64,000 nt of DNA. Origin: Enoplolaimus lenunculus. Its lineage: Eukaryota. Of the stretch, positions 62,671 to 64,000 are shown piece by piece. The notes below the pieces were generated by a model. It was not told the DNA's origin. It saw only the letters and a program-made list of their open reading frames with translations, and made no database searches. The stretch's first letter is position 1; every line of letters starts with the position of its first letter. Both the position numbers and the translations under genes were made by a program. Location: NCBI GenBank assembly GCA_030248215.1, contig JASANG010002509.1, positions 124,001-188,000 on the forward strand. The letters run 5' to 3'.

Positions 62671-62993
62671 TAGTAATGTTATTGTTTCATTTAAAGTGGT
62701 GTTGAGTGTAGTTAGCATCACAGCTTGTTTTATTTGGATTGTCTAGGTATTATGTCGACAGTAAAAATAGTCAGTAGACAAGTCAGGGGAAGATTTGTAG
62801 TGAAGACAGGGTAAATATTCCTTGAATACAAAATTATATTGGAGCTGTCTATAATTCCGTCGGTCTGGGGTCAGAGGGAACACTTCCTTGTAGACTTAAG
62901 CTTATCTTTACAATCCAAAAAAATGGCTGCAAATTTTAATTTACCTAAATTAATTTTTGTAAATAAAAATACAGTGTCGTATCAAATTACTGA

Positions 62994-63221
62994 AGCCTCA
63001 TTCACACGTGCAAGTTTTTGTAGCGTGAATTCGATGCTTTAAAATTTGCAAGTTTCCATTTTTGCAACAAAACTGGCAGCTGCTACTTGCAACGCTAAAA
63101 TTTCGCTGCGAAACTTGCAAGTGTAAGTTGCAGCTGAAAGTTCTTCCTATCAAAAAGTTGCACGTATACAAATTGCAGCTGCGAGTTCTTGATGCAAAAA
63201 CTTGCACATGTGAATGCGTCT
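62994..63221. mobile_element. PIF/Harbinger-like MITE
   Basis: AGCCTCATTCACACGTGCAAG ... CTTGCACATGTGAATG. Confidence 0.7.
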
Positions 63222-64000
63222 TTAGGTTACAGACCAGCTGTTTATGTTAAATCAGTGAAAACGGAACTATAGAGGCATGGTGGATGTAGATTTTCTGCGA
63301 GGGTCAACTACATTGTGACGCCCCTTTACAAAATTTAACCTGTGGCAATTTCTTTCCATCTGTTCCCGGTGTCGCCACACCTCTGCGGAATGATTTCTAG
63401 GATCGATATTCCTTTAACAACCGGACCGACGTGCACTGCAAATTACGCTGTTATGGTAGGCAAGTTTAGTTAAATCAAGAGTGGATAATCACTATTTAAC
63501 AAGAGTGTGCGACTGGGTACATTCTGTGTAGAAAAGAATGTACCCGGTAGTCGTTGCGTTTTTGCCGTACCCCCTTTATTTTGAGGGGGTACAACCGGTG
63601 CGGAAAATACACTTTATGTGCGGTGTCATACATGCCCCCCTATAGTTTAATTTAGGTGTATTCATGTGATAGCGACACCCCTCTAAACAAGGGGGGTCGG
63701 CCAAAAACCCAACGCCTTGTGATACATTTTGTACCATGCGGAACCGCAAGAGTTGCACACTCTGGTCATTATCCGTTCTTGGTTAAACTAGTGCCAATGC
63801 TGAACTAAATTTTTTTGTCTGCTAGAAACATCTGAAAATTCATAGAAACTATTTTTCTCTAAAAGACAATCTAATTAATCATTAATCCCGTGAACGGTTA
63901 CTTTTGTATGAGACATAAAAGCCAGGTGCTGGAGTTACCGGTTGAATGATGTACATTTCTCTAAAACGCCCTCGGCATTCGTAAATTGTGAAGGATTTAA

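Overview
AT-rich eukaryotic DNA, most likely from a nematode: it has abundant TTAGGC telomere-type hexamers and TTTCAG/TTTTAG 3' splice sites. Four protein-coding genes are supported. (1) A 5-exon secreted, probably GPI-anchored, 12-cysteine protein gene (12536-20444, +) that the ORF track shows only as fragments. (2) An intronless divergent ionotropic-receptor (iGluR/IR-like) gene nested antisense inside intron 2 of gene 1 (14083-15306, -). (3) A second intronless paralog of that receptor (27228-28505, +). (4) A 3-exon class A peptide-receptor-like GPCR (49046-52844, +). Both IR-like proteins look stripped down: no signal peptide or ATD, the amino-acid-binding Arg replaced by Met, and a very short M1-M3 linker where the pore loop should be. 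Most remaining sequence is non-autonomous DNA transposons of at least ten families. The most abundant family, with about 25-30 copies, has GGCC-ended TIRs, 8-bp target-site duplications and an internal cargo of telomere-like TTAGGC repeats; one copy has expanded into a 2-kb satellite. All exon joins, TIRs and TSDs were read by eye. Family assignments come from motif recall, not database searches.
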